The notes under the pieces: generated by a model
Seen by the model: the letters and a program-made list of their open reading frames with translations, nothing else
Database searches by the model: none
Told to the model about the DNA's origin: nothing
Translations under genes and position numbers: made by a program
Shown: piece after piece, positions 1 to 11,542 of the stretch
Layout of the letters: each line of letters starts with the position of its first letter
How positions within the stretch are numbered: the stretch's first letter is position 1
NCBI GenBank assembly: GCA_002104905.1
Contig: MCFE01000794.1
Span: 1-35,924 of the forward strand
Length of the DNA stretch: 35,924 bases
Origin: Basidiobolus meristosporus CBS 931.73
Lineage: Eukaryota; Fungi; Basidiobolomycota
Direction of reading: 5' to 3'

Positions 1-112
1 TAATTCGCGTTCGACGGTTTTCCACGCCGGTCTAGTGGCGCAAAGGTTACTCGGAGGGGATTTTCGGTGATACGAAACAATGAAGATTTATTTGGTGTAA
101 TCTGGCACTATC

Positions 113-1666
113 TCAAGATTGGCGCCTCTCAAACTTTACCCGACCGTAAGGAAGTCGGATACTATTGCCAACATGAATGATCTGGAATTTGTCCACCATG
201 GAGATGTGGTAGTTACGGATGAGGATGCTGAGCACGGTCTTGATCTCTTGGATGGCGAAGAACCGTCCTGGGCAGGCGAATCTACCGATGCCGAACGGTA
301 GGTAGTCTGCGCCAATCTTGGTGGCCTGCTTGTTCTTTCCGACGAAGCGCCAAGGGTCGAACTTGTCGGGATTGGGCCCTTGCCACTCCTCACTTCGATA
401 AACCTCCTCATGATCCAGGCTGATGTGTTGTCCCTTGGGAATCAACATGCCATTCGAGAGCGTAATATCCTTGAATTCCACCTGACGATGTGGCAAGGCG
501 AGGTGGTCATCGCGGTACCGGAACGATTCGCGTACAAAGCTGTCCAGCTTCTCCAGCCGCTTGACCACCTCGAAGGTCCATGTGGCGACTGGGTCGGAGG
601 TGTCGGTAATGCCCAACTCTTGGAACACCTTGTCCTGCTCTTCAAGTAGCTCCTCTACATATCCTGGGTAGGCTGCGATGAAGTACAAGGCGAAATTGGA
701 GTTCATTGAGGTGGTGTGAACCGAGGCGAAAATCAACGTGATCAAGATCAGTACGATCTCATCAATATTGATCTGGTCTGCAGGGTACATTTCTATCAGG
801 GTCTGAAGCATGTCATCTGGTCGTTTCCATCCGGGGGACTTGCACTCCCTCACCCGCCTCTCCACCACCGGCCCCACCTCTGATTTGAGAAGGGCTCGGT
901 GCTTGCGGACAGGGGTGGTGAATTTGTAATGCATTTTGGCCCAATACTTGTTGAGCGTGGGGAAGTACTTCAACCACGGGTTCCCCTTCAAAAGATCCGC
1001 AGTGTCCAAGGTGAGGTTTCTGAAGGACTCCAGCAGCTGCTCTTTGGCACAAAGCTCCTCGCCAACAAACACTCTGGCGCTGGCCTTGGAGATGGCCTTG
1101 AGAAGCTTGTTGGTAGGATCATCCAGGATCATGGGCTCCTGGCCAAACTCCTGACTGATAAGTGCATCCAGGTGGGTGACAACGGTTCCGGTGATGTTCT
1201 TCAGATTGGGGGTGAGATGCTTGGTGATGATATTGTGCAGTAGCTCGTTGTACCTCCACGAATCCTCGCCCACCACCATCTCCCCGATATCGATGTTATC
1301 CGAGATGGCCCGGAGAAAACTCATGTCAGGTCGGAGTGCAACGTCGCGCACGAGATCTTTGCCAACCACTGTGATGATGCGGCCGTTGAGGTGTGCGCGG
1401 AAGACGGGTCCGTACTTGGCCTTTTGCTTTTTGACCCAGCCACTGGGGTCGGCTTGGTATTCCTCGGTGCTGCCTTTAATGGGGTTAGTGTAGGGAACCA
1501 GTGGTGGGAGGTTGCTCTTCTCATGGAAGTGTGCCTGGGCTAGATAGACGGCACCAGCCACGCCGAGGCTGATTGCAATGGTGTTGTAGAGGCCAGGGTC
1601 GATTCCTTGGAAAATGGAGTCAAAGCTGGTGCCATTGACCACATTGGAGAGTGCTTCAGCCAGCAT
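113..1666 (-). CDS. Cytochrome P450 monooxygenase, ~517 aa, intronless
   Basis: Single ORF with N-terminal membrane anchor (LYNTIAISLGVAGAVYLAQAHF) then Pro-rich PPLVP, I-helix FASVHTTS, ExxR (ESFR), PERF-like PWRF and heme motif FGIGRFACPG. ATG at 1666 (MLAEALS) preferred over the TTG-started 1903 extension. Confidence 0.95.
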   Translation of the reverse strand: MLAEALSNVVNGTSFDSIFQGIDPGLYNTIAISLGVAGAVYLAQAHFHEKSNLPPLVPYTNPIKGSTEEYQADPSGWVKKQKAKYGPVFRAHLNGRIITVVGKDLVRDVALRPDMSFLRAISDNIDIGEMVVGEDSWRYNELLHNIITKHLTPNLKNITGTVVTHLDALISQEFGQEPMILDDPTNKLLKAISKASARVFVGEELCAKEQLLESFRNLTLDTADLLKGNPWLKYFPTLNKYWAKMHYKFTTPVRKHRALLKSEVGPVVERRVRECKSPGWKRPDDMLQTLIEMYPADQINIDEIVLILITLIFASVHTTSMNSNFALYFIAAYPGYVEELLEEQDKVFQELGITDTSDPVATWTFEVVKRLEKLDSFVRESFRYRDDHLALPHRQVEFKDITLSNGMLIPKGQHISLDHEEVYRSEEWQGPNPDKFDPWRFVGKNKQATKIGADYLPFGIGRFACPGRFFAIQEIKTVLSILIRNYHISMVDKFQIIHVGNSIRLPYGRVKFERRQS

Positions 1667-1820
1667 GTTGTTTGGTGTAGGAGTAAGAGAATGGTCCAGA
1701 ACCAAGCAAGTCAAGGGGGTTTTATAGAAAACGGCGTCTGCGTCAACCAGACGCTCATGCGCATCGAATGCCCTCCTTTTGTGTCTATTAGTCGAGATGA
1801 TCCATTCACATCCAGCGTGC

Positions 1821-1835
1821 AACCCTAACCCTAAC
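1821..1835. promoter_or_regulatory. Telomere-type (AACCCT)n box upstream of the P450
   Basis: aaccctaaccctaac at 1821-1835; an inverted copy ggttagggttag lies at 2413-2424. Function is inferred. Confidence 0.35.
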
Positions 1836-2106
1836 GTGGTTTCGTTGACTCGGCCTTTATTCCCTAAAAGGAGAGAGATGTGCAGGTCTTGCGGAGAAAT
1901 CAAGAGGATTTTCCGAGCAATATTGGGCCCTAACCATCTGGAGTATATCCGAGAGTGGTGGGCACCATATCATTATATTACCTTGATGCCCAGCGATTTC
2001 CAGGTTTTTGATGTCATCAAAGCTTGATATAGTGGTCGACCGAATGCGGGACCGAGTGCGGATTTCCCAAGGGACATGGATGAACTTCGCGGTCATACAA
2101 TCCTTT

Positions 2107-2135
2107 ATTGGCGTTCATTGGCGCTTTCATTGGCG
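2107..2135 (-). promoter_or_regulatory. Three tandem CCAAT boxes (CGCCAAT) upstream of the P450
   Basis: attggcg at 2107, 2117 and 2129, about 440 bp upstream of the ATG. Confidence 0.4.
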
Positions 2136-3228
2136 AGTACTTGGTATCTTAAGGGTATGGAACGGTGTCTCATCCTTGCCAATCAGATACCCCAGCACAT
2201 TTCAGGGGGCTCCCAGTGGCTGTTCGGGCAACCAAGTCTCACCAGAGGGAATCCATTCATTTGGAGCCAAGCAAATCCATCTGAATCCGATCTAATAACA
2301 CGATGAGTGACGCGTAGTGATGATGCGTAGAGATGTTTAAAGATCATTCAGATTCGGCTGGTGCTACCTACCGAATGCGACTTTAAGCGTGGGTGGTTGT
2401 AGGTGTGAAGCAGGTTAGGGTTAGATTCCTATATATGGCCTAATGCTATATATACTGATCTATTTATTTCCACGGTGCCTGGTGATGGTACTCCCTGCTT
2501 GCTTGGGTATCTTCCGTAGCAAATGCGCGATCTTCAGCGATGTGTACCCGGTAATTTCCCATTCACACCTCGGCGGAGTGGCCGACAGCGGACCATGGAT
2601 TCTATCTGTTCGTTCAGCCAACTGATGCCACTGCGTCGGAGTAAAAACCAATTGGTGGCTATGAAATCGTTGGCAGTGTTGGATGTGATGGCAACTATTT
2701 TCCTACTGATCAATGACATGGGTTGCAGTTGATCCTATTGATCTCGCTCACTCGCCATGAATCGAACTGAATCAACCTGGTTTGGATGGATCTGTGATAC
2801 GACTAATGCCATGCAATTCATGTATTGTGAGCCACTACAAAAAGCTGTTCCTTGCACCGAATCGATGATAATATACAGCGAAGCCTTTTTATCAAGTTCC
2901 GCAAGGTTCAGTAGTAGAGTTCAGTTCCATATTTCCCGATAACAAATTGCGTTGTAGCCGATCAATAACACCAAAGATGTACAATGAATGACCAAATGTG
3001 GGGACTTTCCAGCCAAACACCTCCAATTTGATGCTTTTAGTTGAGGCTCTGTAGCAATTGCATAACTTGACACTGGAGTTATACCGCCTAAATCTTTACT
3101 TTGTCAATCACTAGGCCACAAACTATTGGCTCAAGATTCTATTTGTAAGATATTCGCTAATATTTGGATTCCTTAAAGTTATCCAGACCATCAAAACCTG
3201 TGCAAATGCCCCTAAGATTTGCACATGG

Positions 3229-3561
3229 TGTTGTAAGAGTTTTGGAGATATTGGAAGTGATCGGGAGAACAAGTAGATTATGTGGTTTTCACTTAACGAT
3301 TTACTGAATGTAAAAGTAGTAGTTATACTTTTACATGGTCTTGGCATAACAAACACGTAGAATAGCTTAAGGAAGGTCTCAAGAACATGTGTACAAAGAT
3401 TGGGGCTGTTTGGACAACTTATCTGATTTTCATGTTCTGGATAAATATTCTAAGTAAATCCCAACAAGGAATTTGGTCAGTATTCTCTAGGATTTGAAGG
3501 TAAAGATCTAAGTGACCAAGTTAGGTGAATATTTAGGTGGAAATTACAAATTTTTACAACA
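3229..3561 (-). repeat. Copia-1 family LTR in inverted orientation, no TSD
   Basis: Reverse complement of the 4574-4905 LTR with TGTTG...CAACA ends; flanks catgg/actct do not match. Confidence 0.9.
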
Positions 3562-4568
3562 ACTCTGATGCTGATTGGGGACAAAACTTAGAAAACAGAA
3601 GATCCACCACAGCATACACCTTACATTTACTTATAACATTTTCACCAAAACATCAGTTGCCCAGAACATAAAATTTGGATGAGTTCTCCAAGCAGCCCTA
3701 AACTTTGCACTCATGCTCGTGAGACCTTCCTAAGCATAGTTTACATATTTGTTTTGCTATGACCATGTAAAAGTATAAGAAAATCTCAACAGTGGAAAAT
3801 GCTATGGCTGGTTGCCCTCTGGAATGCCATGAATTTGCTCCTTTACAGAAGAGAAGGGTGTATTCTGTGTTGGAACTTCTGCCTTTTAAATTTTGTTCCC
3901 AATTAACATTGAGGTATCCCACAAGATCCTATTCTGAATCCTTATGAATCCTTATAGGTGTACCTTAAGCTAATATCAGCGGTTCTTTTTGAGTATCAAA
4001 AATCCTCATAACTGCTGCATTATAATCAGATCTATAGTTCTGATTATGCTGGCTGGCAACTTCAACTGGCTCTCTTAATTTGCCTGAATTTTGACTAAGA
4101 TATGGTTTGTCTGCATTGGGATAGCTGCCAATTAACAATCTTCCACATGGCACTTCCTAAGTATAGCTTCAATATACCTGGACTGGCTTAGGGTAATAAT
4201 CTGGGCATTTCCATCTACAGAGTACTGTTTCCCTAAGTAGCTACCAAGCTTTCCTAGATTGGACACTTAGACTCCTTTGCTAGGTTGGATTTAGTCTTTT
4301 CCAGTGTTTCTTGGTTATTGGTGGCTATAATAGGGTCATCTGCATATAGAGCTAATAGAGATAGACTTGCTCTCTCTGACTCATAGTAGATACCATAGTT
4401 GGTACAAGTACTTTGGAAACTGGGGATTCCAGATACAACTCCATCTATCAATTCTAGGCTCTTGGTGATTGTTTGAGACCATATAATGTATTTTTAAGCT
4501 GTCAGAACATATGGGGGTATCTTGGTCAACAAACCTATCATGCATCTCATTGAAGAGTCTACAAACTA
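3562..4568. pseudogene. Rearranged older copia-1 relative: RT/RNase H and LTR fragments in both orientations
   Basis: Plus-strand SDADWGQNLENRRSTT fragment (3562-3622), plus-strand LTR fragment (~3625-3778), minus-strand RT/RNase H (3779-4568; LALYADDPIIA, WEQNLKGRSSNTEY) homologous to 7706-8540. Confidence 0.8.
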
Positions 4569-4573
4569 GATAC

Positions 4574-4905
4574 TGTTGTAAATATTTGTATTTCCACCTA
4601 AGTATTCACCTAACTTAGTCACTTAGATCATTACCCTCAAATCCTAGAGAATACTGACCAAATTCCTTGTTGGGATTTACTTAGAATATTTACCCAGAAC
4701 ATGAAAATTAGATAAGTTGTCCAAACAGCCCCAAACTTTGCACACATGTTCTTGGGACCTTCCTTAACCTATTCTACATGTTTGTAATGCCAAGACCAGG
4801 TAAAAGTATAAATACTACTTTTACATTCAATAAATCATTAAGTGAAAACCACATAATCTATCTGTCCTCCCAATCACTTCCAATATCTCCAAGACTCTTA
4901 CAACA
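4574..4905 (+). repeat. Copia-1 5' LTR (332 bp)
   Basis: TGTTG...CAACA; roughly 90% identical to the 3' LTR by eye, with one ~17-bp indel. Confidence 0.95.
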
Positions 4906-4917
4906 GGTTGTGAGCCC
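4906..4917 (+). other. Copia-type PBS (GGTTGTGAGCCC)
   Basis: Directly after the 5' LTR; resembles the Drosophila copia PBS (GGTTATGGGCCC) that pairs with an internal tRNAiMet fragment. Confidence 0.75.
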
Positions 4918-4959
4918 CAAGCTGTCACTCTCTGCAGTGTCTACTACTGCTATTACTGT

Positions 4960-7900
4960 ATTTTTTCCCTCTGCTGAAAAGTTGTATGGATCTAATTACC
5001 AAGTGTGGAAGGTGAAGATGAAGATGCTGCTACAAGAAAGAGGCCTGTGGGATATTGTTATGGGAGAAGAATGCCTTCCTAAAAACGTGGGAGAGGAAGC
5101 CTTAAAGTACCAGAAGAAAGAACAAAGTGCCTTTAACTGCATTTGCCTGAATGTCAAGGACAAATTGCTAATTCAATGCTCAGGAGCAAAAGTGGCAAAG
5201 AATGCCTGGAAGGCATTAGAAGACACCTACCAGTCATGTTCAGCTGCCAAGAAAATGTATCTGAGATGAAAATTCTTTACTACAAAGATGCTGCCAGGAG
5301 AAGAAATGAAAAACTAATTAACAGAATTGCCCTGCTGGTAGATGAGATGGCATTGGTGGGTGTACCAACTACTGATGAGGATGTGATAGTTACCATCCTG
5401 AATAGCCTGACAGACAGGTTTCAGGGTCTTGTATCAGCCCTAGAGTCCATAACTGAAGATTTGACCTTAAATTACATATATGGAAGGCTCCTGGATGAAG
5501 AATTAAGAAAATCAAGCGCCAATAAGAAGGAAGAAGAAAATGCTTTAATAAGCAGTGATAACCAACAAAGGAGGTACTCAAGACCCTACAAAGGCAACAG
5601 CAACCTGTTTTGTAACTACTGCCAAAGGAAAGGACACCCATCAGACTGGTGCTTCAAAAAGAAAGATAATCAGCAAAAGAAGCATGAATATGGAAATGCT
5701 ACAACAACTGAAGATAGACTATTCATATCTGCACTAAATATGACCACAAACAAGGATTCTCAGATGTGGTATATTGACTCTGGAGCATCTCAACACTTTA
5801 CACACTAAAAAGAACTTTTTATCCAATATCAAGAAATTCCAATTAAGAAGATTTCAAGGGGGACTATAGAACACTTGATGCATTGGGAGAAGGAACTATC
5901 CAAGTAAACCTTAGAAGCAGTGAAGGAAGCCATAGACTGACCTTTAAAGAAGTACTCTATGTACCAGAAATAGCCAAGAACCTACTATCTGTAAGTAAGG
6001 CCACTGCAGAAGGACTCAGTTTCATCTTTGCCAATTCTGGATGCAAAACCACTGATCAAAGTGGTGCCCATATTGCTTCCAGTATCAGAGATCAGAACCT
6101 ATACAAGTTGACTTACATTCCATCATATTTTGAAGCCAATATAAGTAACTTAAATTAAGAAACACCTATGCTTTGGCACTGGAGATTTGGGCACCTCAAT
6201 TTTGATTATTTGTGCAAAATGATCAAAGATCAGCTAATTTCTGGAGTAAGAATTGATCCCCAAGCTAATTTGGAGCACTGTGAGGCCTGCATATATGGGA
6301 AACAAGCCAGACAACCATTCAAGAGCTCTGGGTTAATCAAAACTAAGAAAAAATTAGATCTAATTCACACCAATCTGTGTGGACCTATGTAAAATTTATC
6401 CTTAGGCGGGATGAAGTATTTAATCACCGTTATTGATGATGATACAAGATACACATTGGTCTACTTCATGGAGAAGAAGGAAGAAGCTCTGTCTAAGTTC
6501 AGGGAGTTCAAAGCCATGGTGGAGAGAGAAGCTGGTAAAAAAATCAAGAAAAACACTCTGATAATGGTGGAGAATAAAAAACAAAACTCTTCATCCACTT
6601 CTGCAAAATTCATGGGATAAAGCAAGAGACTACTGTACCATACTCCCCTCAGCAAAATGGAGTAGCAGAATGTGCTAACAGAGCAATAATTGATATGGCA
6701 AGATCTATGATCCATGATCAAGAATTATCCAATGATTTTTGGGTGAAATCAGTTGCCACTGCTGTATATCTCAAAAATAGGAGCTATAACAGAATACTTT
6801 GTGATTCTACTCCATTTGAAGCTTGGTATGGACACAGACCAAGTGCAGAACATCTAAGAATACTTGGGCTTACAGCAAATGCCAAGAAACTGCCCAGATA
6901 ATCAGTCAAAATTTGAGCCAAAAAGTGTAAAATGCATATTTTTGGGCTACTGCAATGAGAGTAAAGGATACAGACTCTACAATACTAAAGCAAAGAAGCT
7001 AATCAAGTCCAGGGATGTGTTGTTTGATGAAAATTCAAAATTTTCACAGAGAATGACATCAGAAGATGACAAAAATCTGATCTCAAATCCACCCATTGTC
7101 ATGATTAAACCAGAGCAAAACAATGAGAGTTTTTTCACCGCAGAGGAATCTACAGCTATGGTTCCACTATATTCAGTGCCCAGGAATATCCTAGAAGTGA
7201 TCATATCATTATCAAATGCCTGGGGATCCAATCAGATAAGAAATAGCCCAAATTACTATATCAGTGAGGGTACAAACTTAGTCTATGCCTATTCAGTCCA
7301 TATTGCTTAACCCCAGACTGTAAAAGAGGCCCTAAATAGCCTTCAGACAAAGTTTTGGAGATCTTCAATGACTGAGGAATATCAGGCCCTGATGGAAAAT
7401 CAAACTTGGGACTTGGTCAAGCTACCAATCAACCAAAAATCAATTGGATGCAGATGGGTCTTTAAGACAAAATACAAGGCTGATGGTACAATTGAAAGAT
7501 ACCAAGCAAGACTTGTAGCCAAAGGATACTCTCAAACAAAAGGACTTGACTATACTGAGACCTTTGCACCAGTAGCCAAGTATAATTCCATCAGATTAAT
7601 ATTTGCTATTGCAGCCAAATATAAGTTTATATTCATCAAATGGATGTAAAAACTGCATTTTTGAATGGAGAACTTGATGAGGACATGTATATGGACCAGC
7701 CTGATGGGTTTGCTGACCAAGATAACCTCCACATGGTCTGTAAGCTTAAAAAGTCACTATATGGTCTCAAACAATCACCAAGAGCCTGGAATTGCAAGAT
7801 AGATTCTTATTTGGAATCTCTGAGTTTCAAAAGGAGTAATGCTGACTATAGTAGATACTATAAGCCAGATAAAGCAAATCCAGTTCTATTAGCTCTATAT

Positions 7901-8876
7901 GTTGATGAACTTATTATAGCTGCCAATAACCTAGAAACATTGGGAGAGACTAAATCCAGCCTATCTAAGGAGTTCAAGATGTCTCATCTAGGAGAACTTA
8001 GTTACTACTTAGGGATTAAGTTCTCCATAGACAGAAGTACCCAAGATATTACCCTAAGCCAATCAAGTAAATTCAAGATATACTAAATAAGTACCAAATA
8101 GAAGACTGTAAACTGGCAGCTATCCTAATGGAGACAAACCTTAACTTGGTAAAACTCAACCAAATCAAGAGAGCTTGGTACCATCTGAAAGCCCTGACTT
8201 TCCTTATCAATCTATGGTTGGCAGTCTGATGTATATCATGCTTGGAACATGTCCAGATATCTCATATTCAGTGGGAGTTGTCAGCTAACATAATCAGAAC
8301 TATGGATCTGATCATATTGCTGCAGTTAAGCAGATTTTTAGATACCTTAACAGAACTGCTGATATCTGCTTAAGATGCACTTATAAGGATTCAGAACAGG
8401 GTCTTGTGGGATACTCTGATGCTTATTGGGGACAAAATTTGGAAGACAGAAGATCTACCACAGGATACACCTTTCTTTACTGCAAAGGAACTATTTCATG
8501 GAACTCAATAAAGCAACCAACTGTAGCACTTTCTACCAAAGAGGCAGAGCATATGGCAGCCTGTGAAGCTACAAAAGCAGCAATGTGGCTAAGAAAGCTT
8601 TTTACAGATATAGGCCTATGCCAAAAAATGCCTATCACTTTAATTCAAGAAAATCAAGGATATATACAATTAAGTAGAAATCCAACTCTTCATGCTAGAA
8701 CCAAGCACATAGATATTAGACACCATTTCATACGTGAAGCTATAGAAAATAACTTAGTTAGCTTAGTTTACTGTCCATCAGATGAAATGATTGCAGACAT
8801 ATTTACCAAGCTTTTAGCTAGAGACAAGTTTGAATATCTTAGGTCAAAGTTAGGACTAGTCAGCATGAACATTTAG
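4960..8876 (+). pseudogene. Copia gag-pol, broken by stops and frameshifts
   Basis: NYQVWKVKMKMLL (gag), CNYCQRKGHPSDWC zinc knuckle, WYIDSGASQH protease, LWHWRFGH and CEAC integrase N-terminal region, integrase core, WDLVKLP/YVDEL RT, RRSTTGY/STKEAE RNase H. Confidence 0.93.
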
Positions 8877-8887
8877 CTGAGTGGGAG

Positions 8888-9236
8888 TGTTGTAAAAATT
8901 CATATTTCCACCTGAATATTCACCTAACATAGTCACTTAGATCATCATCTTCATATCCTAGAGAATACTGACCAAATTCCTTGTTGGGATTTACTTGGAA
9001 TATTTTCACCAAAATACCAGGTACCCAAAACATGAGAATTCACAAAGTTGTCCAGACATCCCCAAACTTTGCACACATGCTCTTGGGACCTTCCTTAATC
9101 TATTCTACATGTTTGATATGCCAAGACCATGTAAAAGCATAAATACTACTTTTACATTCAATAAATCATTAAGTGAAGACCACATAATCTACCTGTTCTC
9201 TCAATCACTTCCAATATCTCCAAGACTCTTACAACA
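8888..9236 (+). repeat. Copia-1 3' LTR (349 bp)
   Basis: Preceded by PPT GAGTGGGAG (8879-8887); TGTTG...CAACA. Confidence 0.95.
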
Positions 9237-9682
9237 GATACTCCATGTTCAAGTCCCTAGTTTGGAACTTCTCAGCTACTACAAGCCCCAAAAACCAGTT
9301 GGTCAGCCTCCTAAAGAGAGTAATCATAACAACCTTATTAGTAGCTTCAATACTCACAGATTCCATTGCATTAACATCCAGGGTAATTTTATTTGTTGAC
9401 TTTTCATTTTATCTCCTGCTAACATCTTTGTAGGAAAGAAATCCTGTCTATGATAAATTTTCTTAGCAGCTAACCCTTTTTGGATTTTACAGCCAAATAA
9501 AGTAAAAAACTTGACAGTTCTAAGCAGTCTTTCAACAGGAATTGCATGGCATTTTGACAGTCTTGATGTGCTCTTCATTTATTTGAGCAGACCTAGCCAG
9601 CCAATACATCTAATTGTCTTATATGACAAGAAACTTGGCAGTGTTCTGATTGCCTCATTGCTAACCTCCACTGGCATTATCT

Positions 9683-9707
9683 GGTGGAATTACAAATTTT
9701 TACAACA
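9683..9707 (-). repeat. 25-bp terminal remnant of a copia-1 LTR
   Basis: ggtggaattacaaatttttacaaca matches 3537-3561; it abuts the truncated gypsy A internal region. Confidence 0.7.
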
Positions 9708-11520
9708 GCTTTGACATGATGACCATTCACTCTTATCCCACTGGAAAGCATACAAAACTTATCTGGCAATGGTTACAGGTAGCTATCCAAGTTGAGTGGT
9801 GATTTAGGCCAAGATACCAGTGAGACTACCATCAGATTATTTCTCTGATTCTGTAAGATGGGCAGCAGATTCAGATTGATGAGAATCAGTGGCCAGCAGG
9901 ATTTGCTGGTAGAGTACTGGTTTAATGAGAATCCATCAAGTGCTAAGGCAGAGGCATAGTCATATATACCCTCAAAGTAGCCCTTGCTTCTTAGCTGTTT
10001 GTAATGTTTGTCATCAAATATATCAGATAAGTTTGCGCTTAATTGTTACTGAGTACAGTACTGTATAGCTTTGCAATATTTGTTGGACTGCATCAGCTTC
10101 CTCAGATGGGGTATGACCAGAATATATCCGCAGTGTGAACAATGTTTTCCCTCAATGTTGGTGGATTCCTGACAATTTGGAAATGTTGCAATGGTAGCAT
10201 TTTTGGATGTGAATCTTTCTTACAGAGGGTGATACACTGAGTAGCTCTCCAACCTTGATTGATATGTTGCTTGCTGGTATATGACTTGTCAAGGCCTCTG
10301 GGGTACCATTTTGCTTGATTCTAGGCTGCATGTGGTAGTTGTTGGCCTTAGCAGACTCTTGTAAAATTAATGGGGGTGATGCTTTCTTCTCAATCACAAC
10401 TTCGGGCTCACATGTTGTAACTTTTGTGGCTGGGCCTGGATTAGCCATTTTTTCAGGATGGTGTCTCTTTGAAGCATAAATTGAAGCTATATGATCTTGG
10501 GCTTCTCTGGCATCCTCATAGTTAATGTTCAGAACTTCAGCTGGATCAAAGTAGTCAGGATCTTCCTCTTCATGAAGATGCACCTTTCTTGTATGAGAGG
10601 TAACTTGCTTGTAGTGAACTCTCATTCCTCCTTGTCCAAATGCTGTGGATAATTTGTCACCATGCTAACTGACTATATATTTCTGAGGACTATATAGGAT
10701 ATCACCTGTGGATTATAATGACTGAAGCTCTTGGCAATTTCTCTTGGAATGGTTGGCAGAGTCACACCACATGCATGTATATTTGACTTCTTTCTCTACT
10801 GCCTTCTGCCCATATGCTTTACTGGCCAGCAGCAAAGAGAGTTTCTCTAGTTGCTATGTCAGCTCCTGAATTTGAGTGCTTTGATTACTGGGATTAAGTA
10901 AGTCTTGGCTATCTTGGTTTTATACTGAGCTTGAAAGAAGCTTTCTGATTGGTGAGGTTACTTCAGGGGCAAGTAAAGTCTGCCTAGCCAACTGAAATGC
11001 AGGCAGTGAGCTCATAGCTTTCACAGTAGGATTGTTTTCAATCCTTCTCATCAGGTCTTCTGGTAGTGCTCTGAGAAGATAGGCATATAAAGTGAGATCA
11101 GTGATAACTCCTTGGGCTTTCAGTGACTCTCCAATTTGCTCATGGCCATGCAAGTATTCTTTCAATGGTAGCAGCTTAAACTTGCTCTAAGCAAAGTTCT
11201 CCAAATCATTAAGTGTGTAGTCAACTTGTCTTTCTCCATATTCATCAATCAAGTAGCTCTTCAAGGGGGTCCATTTTGTCAGCAGATCATTTCTTTCATT
11301 CAATGAGAGCATGATCTCACCAGTGCTGTAAAGGGGCATCTCTTCAGCCATAATGGCCTTGGGTATCTTATGGGCTCTCCAAAAAAGCTTCCACCTCTTG
11401 ATGAAAGCTTTAACTTTAGTTCCATCAAAGAAAGGAGCTCCTTGCATTCCTGGTAAAGGTAGATCCATGGTCTTGATAATTTGTTCTTTCTTAAGTCTTC
11501 TAGGGGTAGTTCAGTCAAGC

Positions 11521-11538
11521 CCCCCACATTGGGTGCCA
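11521..11538 (-). other. PBS complementary to the tRNA-Lys(1,2)-type 3' end
   Basis: TGGCACCCAATGTGGGGG versus canonical TGGCGCCCAACGTGGGGC: two CpG transitions and one terminal mismatch. Confidence 0.8.
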
Positions 11539-11542
11539 AATA

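Larger units (their letters stand above)
4574..9236 (+). mobile_element. Ty1/copia retrotransposon (copia-1), full length, inactivated
   Basis: Paired LTRs 4574-4905 and 8888-9236, 5-bp TSD GATAC (4569-4573 / 9237-9241), PBS, PPT, and domain order gag-PR-IN-RT-RH. Confidence 0.95.

Noticed and set aside
29-70. tRNA-like start GGTCTAG-TGGCGCAAAGG (A-box-like)
   Set aside because: No B-box (GTTCGA), anticodon arm or complementary acceptor strand follows.
119-1828. Plus-strand ORFs overlapping the P450
   Set aside because: Antisense shadows of a GC-rich coding sequence with no motifs.
1667-1903. 79-aa N-terminal extension of the P450 in the ORF track
   Set aside because: TTG start with no P450-like features; the membrane anchor follows the ATG at 1666.
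2008-2942. Several 60-95 aa ORFs in the CpG-rich upstream region
   Set aside because: They overlap on both strands with no recognisable motif; a small spliced gene cannot be excluded but is unsupported.
3199-3225. 9-bp-stem hairpin next to the LTR; possible Helitron 3' end
   Set aside because: No CTRR terminus at the expected distance and no Rep/helicase remnant.
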